Source: Candidatus Methylomirabilota bacterium (GTDB lineage: Bacteria; Methylomirabilota; Methylomirabilia; Rokubacteriales; CSP1-6). From it: a DNA stretch of 64,000 bases. The stretch covers positions 70,714 through 134,713 of the forward strand of contig DATBIM010000102.1 of assembly GCA_036556905.1 (NCBI GenBank), given 5' to 3'. Of the stretch, positions 19,009-29,398 are shown piece by piece. The translations under genes were made by a program, and so were the position numbers. Every line of letters begins with the position of its first letter. Position 1 is the stretch's first letter. The notes beneath the pieces were generated by a model. The model was given only the letters and a program-made list of their open reading frames with translations, did no database searches and was not told the DNA's origin.

Positions 19009-22000
19009 GTGGCCGACTTCTTCATCCGCCGCCCCATCGTTGCCATCGTCATCGCCATCCTCACCGTGCTGCTCGGGACCTATTCGCTCCTCCGGCTCAG
19101 CTTCGAACAGTACCCCTTCCTGGCCCCACCGACCATCCGGGTCACCGCCAACTATCCAGGCGCTTCGGCGGTGGCGGTGGAGCAGTCCGTGGCCACCCCG
19201 ATCGAGCAGGAGGTCAACGGCGTCGATCGGATGATCTACATGAAGTCGTCGAACACCAGCGATGGCCGCATGCAGCTCGACGTCAACTTCGAGGTCGGCG
19301 TCGACCAGGACACCGCCAATGTGCTGACCCAGAACCGGGTCTCGTCGGCCCAGGCCCGCCTGCCCCAGGAGGTCGTGGCCCAGGGCGTCACCGTGAAGAA
19401 GCAGAGCCCCAGCATCCTCATGCTGATCTCCCTCTATTCCCCCGGGGGCAGCTACGACGCGAACTTCCTGATCAACTACGCCTCGATCAACCTGCGTGAT
19501 CAGATTCTGAGAATTCCCGGCATCGCCCAGGTCGATCTCTTCGGCGGCACCGACTACGGCCTGCGCATCTGGCTCCGCCCCGACAAGCTCGCCAAGCTGG
19601 GCCTGACCCCGTCCGACGTGATCTCGGCGATCAAAGAGCAGAATCTCCAGGCGCCGGCCGGCCGGATCGGGCAGGCGCCAACGCCCGCCGATCAAGCGTT
19701 CACCTTCACGGTGAGCGCGCCGGGCCGCCTCGTGACCACCGAGGAGTTCGAGAACATCATCATCCGCGAAGCCGCCACCGGCTCGCCGGTGCGTATCAGG
19801 GATATCGGGCGCGCCGAGCTCGGCAGCCAGGACTACAACTCGTTCGGCCGGCTGAACGGCAAGCCCTCCGGAGCGATGGCGGTCTACCTGCTCCCCGGCG
19901 CAAACCAGCTCAAAGCGTCCGAGACGATCTACCACACCATGGCCACAGCCAAGGGGTTGTTCCCGCCGGATCTCGACTACACGATCGTTTACGACACCAC
20001 CCCGGCGGTGGAGGCCTCCATCCACGAGATCGTGAAGACCTTCGTGGAGGCGCTGATCCTCGTCACGCTCGTCGTGTTCATCTTCCTCCAGAATCTGCGG
20101 GCCACGATCATTCCGCTCCTGACGGTGCCCGTCTCGATCGTGGGCACCTTCATCTTCTTCCCGCTCCTCGGCTTCTCGGTCAACACGCTCTCGATGTTCG
20201 GCCTGGTGCTGGCCATCGGCATCGTGGTGGACGACGCGATCGTCGTCGTCGAGGCGGTCATGCACCACATCGAGCACGGCATGGCCCCGCGCGAGGCGAC
20301 GGTACAGGCCATGAAGGAAGTGTCGGCGCCGGTGGTGGGGATCGCGCTCATCCTGTCGGCCGTGTTCATCCCCGTCGCCTTCCTCGGCGGCCTCACCGGG
20401 CAGATGTATCAGCAGTTTGCGCTCACCATCGCTATTTCGGTGCTGCTGTCGGCCTTCAGCGCTCTCTCGCTGTCGCCCGCGCTCTCCGCCATGCTCCTCA
20501 AGCCCGCCCGCGCTCCCCGCGGCCCGCTCGGCGTGTTCTTCCGCGGATTCAACCGGGTGTTCGACACCGCAACGAAGGGCTACGTCGGCGTGTGCCGGAT
20601 TCTCATCCGGCGCGCGGTGGTCACGGTCCTGGTGGTGGGGGTGGTGGTGGTCGGGGTCGGCCTGCTCGGCCGCGCCCTGCCCGCCGGGTTCATTCCGGAA
20701 GAGGATCAGGGTCTGTTCGGCGTCAACGTGCAGCTCCCGCCGGCGGCCTCGCTGGAGCGGACGAGCGCCGTGCTGCGCCGGGTCGAGGAGATCCTCGCCA
20801 AGGTCGAGGGGGTTGATTCCTATCAGACGATTGGCGGCTATGGCGCCGTTACCAGCACCTACCAGCCAAACTTCGGGAGCATCTTCGTTCGCCTCAAGCC
20901 GTGGGAGGAGCGGCATGAGGAGGCGCTACACGTGAGGGGCATCATGGCCCGAATGCAGCGGGAGCTGGCCGCGATCCCGGAGGCCGTGGCCTTTCCGTTC
21001 AACATCCCGACCATCTCCGGCTTCGGCGCGTCGTCGGGCTTCAACTTCCTCCTTCAAGACCGGAGCGGCACGCTGAGCGTGGAGCAGCTCGGCGCTCAGA
21101 CGCGAGCCTTCCTGACGGCAGCGCGCGAGCGGCCCGAGTTTGCCTCGCTCTTCACGGCATTCGACCCCACGTATCCACAAGTGAAAGTCGAGCTGGACCG
21201 GGAGAAGGCGCGCACGCTCGGGGTGCCCGTGAACGAGGTCTTCCAGGCCATGTCGGCGGCGATGGGCGGCACCTACGTGAACGACTTCAACCGCTTCGGG
21301 CGTCTCTACCGCGTGTATGTCCAGGCTGACGCCGACTACCGTCGCAAGCCCGGCGACATCGGCGACGTCTATGTCCGTAGCAAGACGACCAACACCATGA
21401 TCCCGCTCTCGACCCTCGTGACCATCACCTCGATTCCGGGAACGGAGCTCACCACCCGCTTCAACCTGCTGCGTTCGGTCGAGATCAACGGGGCCCCCGC
21501 GCGTGGGGTCAGCTCCGGGCAAGCCCTGGCCGCCCTCGAGGAGGTCTTCCGGCAGACGATGCCCAAGGAGATAGGCTTCGCCTATTCCTCCCTGTCCTAT
21601 CAGGAAAAGATCGCGCCCCCCGCCACGCCGACGTTCGTCCTGGCCATCGTGTTCGTCTTCCTGCTCCTGGCCGCGATGTACGAGAGCTGGCGCCTGCCGT
21701 GGGCCGTGCTGCTGGGCTCACCGCTGGTGGCGCTGGGTGCCTTCTTCGGGGTGTGGCTCGCCGGTTACGACAACAACGTCTACGTGCAGATCGGTCTGAT
21801 CATGCTCGTCGGGCTCGCCGCCAAGAACGCGATCCTGATCGTGGAGTTCGCCAAGGCCAAGCACGAGCAGGGCCAATCGGTGGACGAGGCCGCGCTGGAG
21901 TCCGCCCGGCTGCGCTTCCGGCCCATCCTGATGACGGCGTTCGCCTTCATCCTCGGAGTTGTGCCGCTGGTGCTGGCCAGCGGGGCGGGGGCCGGCGCCC

Positions 22001-22179
22001 AGAACGTCATGGGCACGGCGGTGTTCTGGGGCATGCTGATCGCTACCGCGCTGGGGGTCTTCCTGATTCCCGGGAACTTCGCCTTCATCGAGGGGTTGGG
22101 CCGGAAGCGCGCGCCGGCGAAGCAGCCGGCGGCCCCGCCGGAGGCGCCGGCCCCCGTGCCCGGCAGGCAGCACGCATGA
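19009..22179 (+). CDS. RND multidrug efflux permease (HAE1, AcrB/MexB family)
   Basis: 1056 aa; 'MADFFIRRPIVAIVIAIL' N-terminus; 12 TM with two large periplasmic loops. Confidence 0.85.
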   Translation: MADFFIRRPIVAIVIAILTVLLGTYSLLRLSFEQYPFLAPPTIRVTANYPGASAVAVEQSVATPIEQEVNGVDRMIYMKSSNTSDGRMQLDVNFEVGVDQDTANVLTQNRVSSAQARLPQEVVAQGVTVKKQSPSILMLISLYSPGGSYDANFLINYASINLRDQILRIPGIAQVDLFGGTDYGLRIWLRPDKLAKLGLTPSDVISAIKEQNLQAPAGRIGQAPTPADQAFTFTVSAPGRLVTTEEFENIIIREAATGSPVRIRDIGRAELGSQDYNSFGRLNGKPSGAMAVYLLPGANQLKASETIYHTMATAKGLFPPDLDYTIVYDTTPAVEASIHEIVKTFVEALILVTLVVFIFLQNLRATIIPLLTVPVSIVGTFIFFPLLGFSVNTLSMFGLVLAIGIVVDDAIVVVEAVMHHIEHGMAPREATVQAMKEVSAPVVGIALILSAVFIPVAFLGGLTGQMYQQFALTIAISVLLSAFSALSLSPALSAMLLKPARAPRGPLGVFFRGFNRVFDTATKGYVGVCRILIRRAVVTVLVVGVVVVGVGLLGRALPAGFIPEEDQGLFGVNVQLPPAASLERTSAVLRRVEEILAKVEGVDSYQTIGGYGAVTSTYQPNFGSIFVRLKPWEERHEEALHVRGIMARMQRELAAIPEAVAFPFNIPTISGFGASSGFNFLLQDRSGTLSVEQLGAQTRAFLTAARERPEFASLFTAFDPTYPQVKVELDREKARTLGVPVNEVFQAMSAAMGGTYVNDFNRFGRLYRVYVQADADYRRKPGDIGDVYVRSKTTNTMIPLSTLVTITSIPGTELTTRFNLLRSVEINGAPARGVSSGQALAALEEVFRQTMPKEIGFAYSSLSYQEKIAPPATPTFVLAIVFVFLLLAAMYESWRLPWAVLLGSPLVALGAFFGVWLAGYDNNVYVQIGLIMLVGLAAKNAILIVEFAKAKHEQGQSVDEAALESARLRFRPILMTAFAFILGVVPLVLASGAGAGAQNVMGTAVFWGMLIATALGVFLIPGNFAFIEGLGRKRAPAKQPAAPPEAPAPVPGRQHA

Positions 22180-23570
22180 GGCGCCGCGGGCTCGTGGCCG
22201 CCGCGCTCCTCCTGGGTGGCTGCACGGTCGGTCCCGACTACCAGCGGCCCGAGATGCCGGTGCCGCCCGATTTCCGCGGGCGGGCGCCGGACGTCCCGGT
22301 GAGCGAGCGGTCGATCGGCGACCTGAGCTGGTGGCAGATCTTCCAGGACGAGGCGCTGCAGGGGCTCATCCGCACGGCGCTCGTCGAGAACTACGATGTG
22401 CAGGTCGCCGCCGCGCGCGTGCTGGACGCGCGGGCCCAGGTGACCGTCACCCGCTCGTTCCAGTTCCCCGACGTGAGCGCGACAGCGAGCGCGCCCTACG
22501 TGCGGATCACCGAGGAGCGAGCACCGATCCAGCAAGAGGAAACGTTCAGCCCCCTGGGGACGCTCGATCTCTTCTGGGAGGTCGATCTGTGGGGCCGCCT
22601 GCGCCGGGCCACCGAGGCGGCCAGGGCCGATCTGCTCGCTTCCGCGGAAGTCCAGCGGTTCGTAATCGCCACGTTGGTGAGCGACGTGGCGACCGCGTAC
22701 TTCCAGCTCCGCGAGCTCGACCTGGAGCTGCAGATCTCGAGGCGCACGCTGGGGTCCCGGCAGGGCTCTCTCCGGCTCGTGCAAGCCCGGCACCAGGGTG
22801 GGGTGGCGGCCCTGATCGACGTGCGGCAGGCGGAAGTCTTGCTGTACACGGCCGCCGAGACGATTCCCGATCTCGAGCGCCGCATCGCCCAGACCGAGAA
22901 TCTGATCTCCCTGCTGCTCGGGCGGAGCCCGGACGCGGTGCCCCGGGGCCGCTCGACGGGCGAGCAGCTCGCGCTGGCCCCGCCCACCGTGCCCGCCGGG
23001 CTGCCGTCCGACCTGCTCGAGCGCCGACCGGACATCCGGCAGGTCGAGAACCAGCTGGTGGCGGCCACGGCCCGAATCGGTGTGGCCAAGGCCGACTATT
23101 TCCCCCGGTTCCTGCTCACCGGCGCGGCCGGGGGTGGCGGCGTGATGCTCAATGGCAACTGGTTCGGCCCCTCGGGGTTGCTGGCGATCGCGCCTCAGGT
23201 GACCTTGCCCATCTTCAACACGGGCCGCATCGGGGCCAGCGTAGATTCGGCCGAGGCCCGGGCCCAGGAGGCCCTGGTCCGTTACCAGCAGATCGTCCAG
23301 CAGGCGTTTCGCGAGGTCTCCGACGCCCTTGTCGAGCATCGGGGGCGGCGCGAATTCCGCATCCAGCAGGGCTTGCTCGTCGACTCGCTGCGCGACGCCG
23401 CCCGACTGGCCGACATTCGCTACCGCGGGGGCGTCACCAGCTACCTTGAGGTCCTGGACACCGAGCGCCAGCTCTTCGACGCCGAGCTATTGCTGGCCCA
23501 GAGCCAGCGCGACGAGCTGCTGGCGATCGTGCGGCTGTACCGGGCCCTCGGGGGCGGCTGGGCGCCATAA
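22176..23570 (+). CDS. outer-membrane factor (NodT/OprM family) lipoprotein of the RND pump
   Basis: ATGA overlap with the pump gene; lipobox LLGGCTVGPDYQRP (canonical OMF start); two coiled-coil repeat halves. Confidence 0.75.
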   Translation: MRRRGLVAAALLLGGCTVGPDYQRPEMPVPPDFRGRAPDVPVSERSIGDLSWWQIFQDEALQGLIRTALVENYDVQVAAARVLDARAQVTVTRSFQFPDVSATASAPYVRITEERAPIQQEETFSPLGTLDLFWEVDLWGRLRRATEAARADLLASAEVQRFVIATLVSDVATAYFQLRELDLELQISRRTLGSRQGSLRLVQARHQGGVAALIDVRQAEVLLYTAAETIPDLERRIAQTENLISLLLGRSPDAVPRGRSTGEQLALAPPTVPAGLPSDLLERRPDIRQVENQLVAATARIGVAKADYFPRFLLTGAAGGGGVMLNGNWFGPSGLLAIAPQVTLPIFNTGRIGASVDSAEARAQEALVRYQQIVQQAFREVSDALVEHRGRREFRIQQGLLVDSLRDAARLADIRYRGGVTSYLEVLDTERQLFDAELLLAQSQRDELLAIVRLYRALGGGWAP

Positions 23571-23611
23571 CAATCGGCGAGCCTGTCGACCAGAACCGAC
23601 GCGAGACCAGG

Positions 23612-24703
23612 ATGCGGTGGTCGATCCACTGGCTCTTGACGGCCATGCCCGTCGCTGCCCTGCTGAACGCCATGGACGCCAGCGCGCCTGCCGTGTTCTT
23701 CTGCGCCGCCATCGGGATCGTGCCGCTGGCGGTGCTCATCGTCCACAGCACCGACCATCTGGCCGCGCGCACGGGTCCGGCGCTCGGTGGGCTGCTCAAC
23801 GCGACGTTTGGCAACCTGCCGGAGCTGATCATCGCCATGGTCGCGCTGAGGGCGGGGCTGCTCGAGATGGTGAGGGCTTCGCTCATCGGGGCCCTGCTGG
23901 CCAACTTGCTGTTGGCTCTCGGCATCGCCTTTCTGCTCGGTGGCCTGCGCCACCGTGTCCAGGAGTACAACCCGGCGGCGGCGAGAAGCTACGCCTCCAT
24001 GATGCTGCTGGCCGCGGTCAGCATGGTCGTTCCCGGCACCTTTCACCGCTTCCTCGGTGGCGTCGCCCCCCGGCACGCGGCGGCCCTCGACATCGGGGTC
24101 GCGGTCGTGCTGCTGACGGCCTACGCGCTCTACCTTGTGTTCATGCTCCGGACCCACCCGGAGGTCTTCGCTGGAACAGCGGCGGCCGAGCCGGAGGGCG
24201 GCGCGCGGTGGAGCCCGGCGCGGGCCGGCGCGACCCTGGTACTGGCCTCGCTGGGCGCGGCATGGATGAGCGAGATTCTCGTCGGGGCCGCCGAAGCCAC
24301 CGGCCACGCGCTCGGGATGTCCCCCCTGTTCATCGGGATCGTTTTGCTGGCCGTGGTCGGTGGCGCGGCCGAGAGCGGGGCGGCGATCGCGATGGCCCGC
24401 CGGAACCAGATGGATCTGGCCGTCGGTATCGCGATGGGCAGTTGCCTGCAGATCGCCCTGTTCGTGACCCCGGTGCTGGTCCTGTCGAGCCGCCTGCTGG
24501 CGCCCGAGCCCCTGACCCTGGGATTCAGCCGGCTCGAGATCGGCGCGCTGTTCCTGGGCGCGCTGATCGGCGGGCATGTCGCTGGCGATGGCCGGTCCAA
24601 CTGGTACAAGGGCGTCCAGCTGGTCGCTTTCTACCTGATCCTGGCGGCCATGTTCTACCTGATTCCGGCAGAGTCCGCGCCGGCGTTGGGACGCTCACCG
24701 TGA
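23612..24703 (+). CDS. Ca2+/H+ antiporter (CaCA family, ChaA/Cax-like)
   Basis: Two alpha-repeats with 'GNLPELI' and 'GGAAESGAAIAMA' signatures; 10-11 TM. Confidence 0.7.
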   Translation: MRWSIHWLLTAMPVAALLNAMDASAPAVFFCAAIGIVPLAVLIVHSTDHLAARTGPALGGLLNATFGNLPELIIAMVALRAGLLEMVRASLIGALLANLLLALGIAFLLGGLRHRVQEYNPAAARSYASMMLLAAVSMVVPGTFHRFLGGVAPRHAAALDIGVAVVLLTAYALYLVFMLRTHPEVFAGTAAAEPEGGARWSPARAGATLVLASLGAAWMSEILVGAAEATGHALGMSPLFIGIVLLAVVGGAAESGAAIAMARRNQMDLAVGIAMGSCLQIALFVTPVLVLSSRLLAPEPLTLGFSRLEIGALFLGALIGGHVAGDGRSNWYKGVQLVAFYLILAAMFYLIPAESAPALGRSP

Positions 24704-24762
24704 ACAGGCGGCCGACCGATACGGCGATCGCGGCTCCCGGGCTGGGGGCGACGTGGAAGTCG

Positions 24763-25419
24763 ATGCGGTTCCTCCAGCTCTTCGCGTTCACCATGCTGGC
24801 GTTGCTGCTGGTCCCGCTGCAGCTGCGCTTCCGGGTTCTCTGGCTGGTCCTGAGCGCCCTCTATCTCGATGCGGTTCTGGTTTCGCTGACAGTAGGCGGT
24901 CAGCGGGCGCGGCGGCGCTGGATATTCCTGTTCGGGTGGGGCCTGGCGGTGGCCCTGCGGATCGCGCCCATCGCCGAGTCTGATCTGGCGACTCTGTTTT
25001 ACGCGACCTCGAGGATCGTGGTAGTCATGCTGCTCGGTGGATGTATCATTGCGACGCTCGACTATGTTCTGCGCGGCGCCGAGGTCTCCGTCGACCGGAT
25101 CTTCGCGGCCATCGTGGCCTACATGCTAGCGGGCCTCGGGTTTGCCGCCGCCTATCAGACCATCGCGGCGCTCGCGCCCGAGAGCTTCGCGCTACCCGCT
25201 GGGCCCGACGGACCCGGGGCGACCGAGCTCCTCGAAGTCCAGCTCATCTACTTCAGCTTCGTTACCCTGGCCACGCTCGGGTACGGGGACATCACTCCGC
25301 GATTGCCGCTGGCCCAGATGCTGGCGGTGGTGGAGGCGGTCGCCGGCCAGTTCTATGTGGCCGTGGTCATCGCCTGGCTGGTGAGCGCCTACGCCGCGCA
25401 GCGCAGAGCCGGCGCCTGA
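24763..25419 (+). CDS. potassium channel (ion_trans_2, GYGD selectivity filter)
   Basis: 'FSFVTLATLGYGDITP' pore helix/filter followed by an inner helix; start uncertain (ATG at 24763 or GTG near 24703). Confidence 0.55.
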   Translation: MRFLQLFAFTMLALLLVPLQLRFRVLWLVLSALYLDAVLVSLTVGGQRARRRWIFLFGWGLAVALRIAPIAESDLATLFYATSRIVVVMLLGGCIIATLDYVLRGAEVSVDRIFAAIVAYMLAGLGFAAAYQTIAALAPESFALPAGPDGPGATELLEVQLIYFSFVTLATLGYGDITPRLPLAQMLAVVEAVAGQFYVAVVIAWLVSAYAAQRRAGA

Positions 25420-25429
25420 CGGGCTCGAG

Positions 25430-26632
25430 ATGAGCCGCACCCTGATCTCCTCGGCGATCCTGTCGGAGCCGGGGGACTTCTCCCTCGTCCTCGGCGGTCC
25501 CCTGTATCAGCTCTGGCGCCGAGCGCACGCCGCCGGTCCCGCCATGGAGCTCGTGGGCCGCCGCGTGATCGGCATCTCGCTGCTGGCCTGGCTGCCGCTG
25601 CTGGTGCTGACGGCCGTCGAGGGCCGCGCGATGGGGGCGACGGTGCCCGTGCCCTTCCTCTACGACCTCGAGGTGCACGCCCGCTTTCTGATCAGCGTCC
25701 CGCTGCTCCTTCTGGCCGAGGTGATCGCCCATCAACGCATCCGACCGCTGGTTCGGCACTTCGTGGATGCCGGTATCGTCACCCCCGCGGTCGTGCCCGG
25801 GTTTCGCGCCGCGATCGACCGCGCCCTTCGCCTCCGGAACTCGGTGGCCATCGAGCTGCTGTTCGCCGTGGCCGTCTTCGGGTTCGGCTGGATGCTGTGG
25901 AAGGGCCTGGCTGGTGTGACCAGCTCGACCTGGTACGCGAGCGTGGGGCCGGCCGGCAAGAGCCTGACGCTCGCCGGCCAGTGGTACGGCCACGTGAGCA
26001 CCCCCATCTTTCAATTCCTGCTGCTGCGCTGGTATTTCCGGCTCTTCGTCTGGTTCGTCTTTCTGCGGCGGGTGTCGCGTCTCGACCTTTCGCTGACGCC
26101 CACCCATCCCGACCGGGCGGGTGGGTTGGGGTTCCTGGCCAGCGCCCCCGCCGCCTTCGCGCCCGTGATTCTGGCCCAGAGCACCTTTCTCGCCGTCTTC
26201 ATCGCCGTGCGGATCCTCTTCCACGACGCGGCCCTGCAGGCGTTCCAGTACGAGATCGCCGCCTTCGTCGTCCTCCAGTTGCTCCTGGTGCTGGGACCGC
26301 TCTGCGTGTTCTCTCCTGCGCTGCTGGCGCTCAAGCGGCGCGGCCGGCGCGAGTACGGCGCCCTGGCGACGCGCTACACCCAGGAGTTCCACCAGAAGTG
26401 GATCGGCGGGGCCGCCCCACCCGGCGAGCCCCTGGTGGGGAGCGGCGATATCCAGTCCCTCGCCGACCTGGCCAACAGCTACGAGGTGGTGCGCAGCATG
26501 CGCGCCGTGCCATTCGCGCGCGACGCGGTCATCCAGCTGGCCGTTCCCGCTCTGATTCCGTTCGCCCCCCTGTTGCTCACCGTGGTGCCGGCGGACCAGA
26601 TCCTCAAGAGCCTGCTGGGAATGCTGCTCTAG
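25430..26632 (+). CDS. uncharacterised integral membrane protein (400 aa)
   Basis: Clean ORF, ~8 predicted TM, no family recognised; tightly packed after the K+ channel (10-nt gap). Confidence 0.4.
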   Translation: MSRTLISSAILSEPGDFSLVLGGPLYQLWRRAHAAGPAMELVGRRVIGISLLAWLPLLVLTAVEGRAMGATVPVPFLYDLEVHARFLISVPLLLLAEVIAHQRIRPLVRHFVDAGIVTPAVVPGFRAAIDRALRLRNSVAIELLFAVAVFGFGWMLWKGLAGVTSSTWYASVGPAGKSLTLAGQWYGHVSTPIFQFLLLRWYFRLFVWFVFLRRVSRLDLSLTPTHPDRAGGLGFLASAPAAFAPVILAQSTFLAVFIAVRILFHDAALQAFQYEIAAFVVLQLLLVLGPLCVFSPALLALKRRGRREYGALATRYTQEFHQKWIGGAAPPGEPLVGSGDIQSLADLANSYEVVRSMRAVPFARDAVIQLAVPALIPFAPLLLTVVPADQILKSLLGMLL

Positions 26633-26633
26633 C

Positions 26634-28212
26634 GTGAAAGGAGCGAGAACCGTGAAGACCAAGATCGTCCACCTCGGTGGAATATTGCTGGCGGTGGTCC
26701 TGCTTGCGGGCACGGTCGTGCCCGCTCACGCGCAGACCAGGAAACCCAACATCCTCGTCGTGTGGGGCGACGACATCGGCTACTGGAACGTGAGCGCCTA
26801 CAACCAGGGCATGATGGGCTACCGGACCCCCAACATCGACCGCATCGCTCGGGAGGGGGCGCTCTTTACCGACTGGTACGGCCAGCAAAGCTGCACCGCC
26901 GGTCGGGCCGCCTTCATCACCGGCCAGTCGCCCTTCCGGACCGGCCTGCTCAAGGTCGGGTTGCCGGGCGCCAAGGAGGGCCTGCAGAAGGAGGATGTGA
27001 CCATCGCCGAGCTGCTCAAGGCCCAGGGCTACATGACCGGGCAGTTCGGCAAGAACCACCCTGGGCGATCGTGACGAGCACCTCCCCACCGCCCACGGCT
27101 GACGAGTTCTTCGGCTCCCTCTATCACCTCAATGCCGAGGACGAGCCGGAGCACCCCGACTACTTCAAGGATCCCGAGCTGCGGAAGCGGTTCGGCACGC
27201 GGGGCGTGATCCGCGCGTGGGCCAATCCCGACGGCACCCAGAAGATCGAGACCACCGGTCCGCTGACCAAGAAGCGCATGGAGACCGTGGACGAGGACGT
27301 CACCAGAGCTGCCATCGATTTCCTGCAGCGCGCCACGGAAGCCGACAAGCCGTTCTTCCTGTGGTGGAACTCGACCCGCATGCACATCTGGACGCGCCTC
27401 AAGCGGCCAGCCAGGGCAAGACCGGGCTCGGGATCTATCCCGACGGGATGGTCGAGCACGACGGCCACGTCGGGCAGGTTCTCAACGAGCTGAGAAAGCT
27501 GGGCCTGGAGGGCAACACCATCGTCATGTACTCGACCGATAATGGGGCCGAGAAGTTTACCTGGCCCGATGGCGGCCAGTCACCCTTCCGGGGTGAGAAG
27601 AACACCAACTGGGAGGGCGGCTACCGCGTCCCCACGGCGATCCGCTGGCCGGGCGTGATCAAGCCCGGCACCGTGCTGAACGACATCTTCGCGCACGAGG
27701 ACATGCTGCCCACCCTGGTGGCGGCGGCGGGCGAGCCGAACATCAAGGAGAAGCTGCTCAAGGGCACCACGGTCGGGGGCAAGACCTTCAAGGTGCACCT
27801 CGACGGCTTCGACATCGCCAGCGCCCTCGCCGGTAAGGGGCCGAGCCCGCGCAAGGACTTCGTTTACTTCAACGATGATGGCGCGCTGGTGGCGCTCCGT
27901 TACAATCAGGGGAAGCTCGTCTTCGCGGAGCAGCGGGCTCACGGCCTGGACGTATGGCAGAACCCGTTCGTGACCCTGCGCCTGCCCAAGCTCTTCAACC
28001 TGCGCTCCGATCCGTTCGAGACCGCCGACCACGAAGGGATGGATTACACCGCTGGCGTGTGGAACACCTTTTCCTGATGTGCCGGCGCAGCAGTACGTGG
28101 GGCAATTCCTGAGCACGTTCAAGGAATTCCCGCCGCGCCAGACGGCCGGTAGCTTTGCCCTCGACCAGGTGCTGGAATCGCTCCAGAGCGGTACCCAGGG
28201 CGGCGCCCGGTG
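26634..28212 (+). pseudogene. arylsulfatase (formylglycine-dependent sulfatase family) disrupted by at least four frameshifts
   Basis: Sulfatase N-terminus '[19 protein letters not shown]...[16 protein letters not shown]' in frame 0; continues in two other frames (26762.., 27217..) and again after 28077; shifts near 27050, 27098, ~27400 and ~28075. Confidence 0.65.
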
Positions 28213-28314
28213 AGTCCCGAATATTGCGAGGGGGAGAGACCGGGGGCGGTGCCGGGGCCGTGTGGGACCAAGGTCCCATGGGCGGGGTATCCGGTGACTG
28301 GTAGGGTCGCTCGG

Positions 28315-29385
28315 ATGGACGCACACGTGGCCCGGGACCTGACGCGCTCGACGCTGGCCGTACTGTTCATCGCCGGCATGATCGTGGCCAGCTTCTGGGT
28401 CCTGCGACCGTTCGTCCCCGCGGCGATTTGGGCCACCATGATCGTGGTGGCATCGTGGCCGCTCATGGTGCGCGTGCAGTCCGTGCTGTGGGGCCGGCGC
28501 GGATTGGCCGTGGCCGTGATGACGCTCCTGCTGCTCCTCGGCCTGCTCCTGCCGCTCGCGCTGGCCCTCACCACGATCGTGGCGCATTCGCAGGAGATCG
28601 CCGAGGGGGTGCAGTGGCTCACGACCTGGTCGGTGCCGCCGCCGCCCGACTGGCTCGAGGGGCTGCCGCTGGTCGGCTCGCGACTCGCCGCCCGCTGGAA
28701 GGACATCGCGAGCATCCGCACCGAGGAACTCTCGGCGAGCCTGGCGCCCTACACGCGACAGATCATCGGCTGGATCCTCGGCACCGTGGGCACGATCGGG
28801 ATGGTCCTGCTGCAGTTCCTGCTGGTCGTGCTGATCGCGGCGTTGCTGTATGCCTCGGGGGAGACGGTGGGCGACGGCGTGCGTCGCTTCGCGCGACGCC
28901 TGGCCGGGGCCCGGGGTGAACACTCGGCCCGGCTCGCCGCCCAGGCCATTCGCGGCGTGGCCCTGGGCATCATCGTCACCGCTCTGGTCCAGGCGTGCCT
29001 GGCCGGGTTTGGCCTGCTCGTGGCCGGCGTGCCGTATGCCGCGGTCCTGACCGCGCTGGTGTTCGCGCTCTGCATCGCGCAGCTCGGGCCCTTGCCGGTG
29101 CTGGTCCTGGCCGTCGTCTGGACCTACTGGTCGGGGAGCACCGGGTGGGCGGTCGCGTTGCTCCTCTGGACTATCTTCGTGACCGCCATCGACAACGTGA
29201 TCCGTCCGATCCTCATCCGCAAGGGCGCCGATCTGCCGCTGTGGCTGGTGTTCAGCGGCGTCGTCGGCGGCCTGCTGGCCTTCGGCGTCGTCGGCCTCTT
29301 CGTGGGGCCGGTCGTGCTCGCCGTCAGCTACTCGCTCCTCGCCGACTGGATCAACACGGCAGAACCCGCACCTGTCACCGACTGA
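28315..29385 (+). CDS. AI-2E family transporter (PerM/YdiK/UPF0118)
   Basis: Start at MDAHVARDL; 8 TM; conserved C-terminal 'LIRKGADLPLWLVFSGVVGGLLAFGVVGLFVGPVVLAV'. Confidence 0.7.
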   Translation: MDAHVARDLTRSTLAVLFIAGMIVASFWVLRPFVPAAIWATMIVVASWPLMVRVQSVLWGRRGLAVAVMTLLLLLGLLLPLALALTTIVAHSQEIAEGVQWLTTWSVPPPPDWLEGLPLVGSRLAARWKDIASIRTEELSASLAPYTRQIIGWILGTVGTIGMVLLQFLLVVLIAALLYASGETVGDGVRRFARRLAGARGEHSARLAAQAIRGVALGIIVTALVQACLAGFGLLVAGVPYAAVLTALVFALCIAQLGPLPVLVLAVVWTYWSGSTGWAVALLLWTIFVTAIDNVIRPILIRKGADLPLWLVFSGVVGGLLAFGVVGLFVGPVVLAVSYSLLADWINTAEPAPVTD

Positions 29386-29398
29386 AAGGAGGCCCCTG

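Noticed and set aside
14580-19064. Long antisense ORFs over the decarboxylase gene and the membrane-fusion gene (14580..15785, 14596..15861, 17577..19064, 17630..18739)
   Set aside because: Same compositional signature and no recognisable motifs; the sense-strand genes are strongly supported.
18886-23339. 676-aa and 519-aa antisense ORFs across the RND permease/OMF and a 623-aa extension of the OMF frame starting at 21699
   Set aside because: These are shadow ORFs. The OMF starts at the lipobox Met at 22176 with an ATGA overlap.
23329-24700. Long + frame ORF (696 aa) running through the CaCA antiporter gene in another frame
   Set aside because: Only its last ~220 aa (the K+ channel) look like protein. 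The upstream part is Arg/Gly/Pro junk overlapping the well-supported antiporter.
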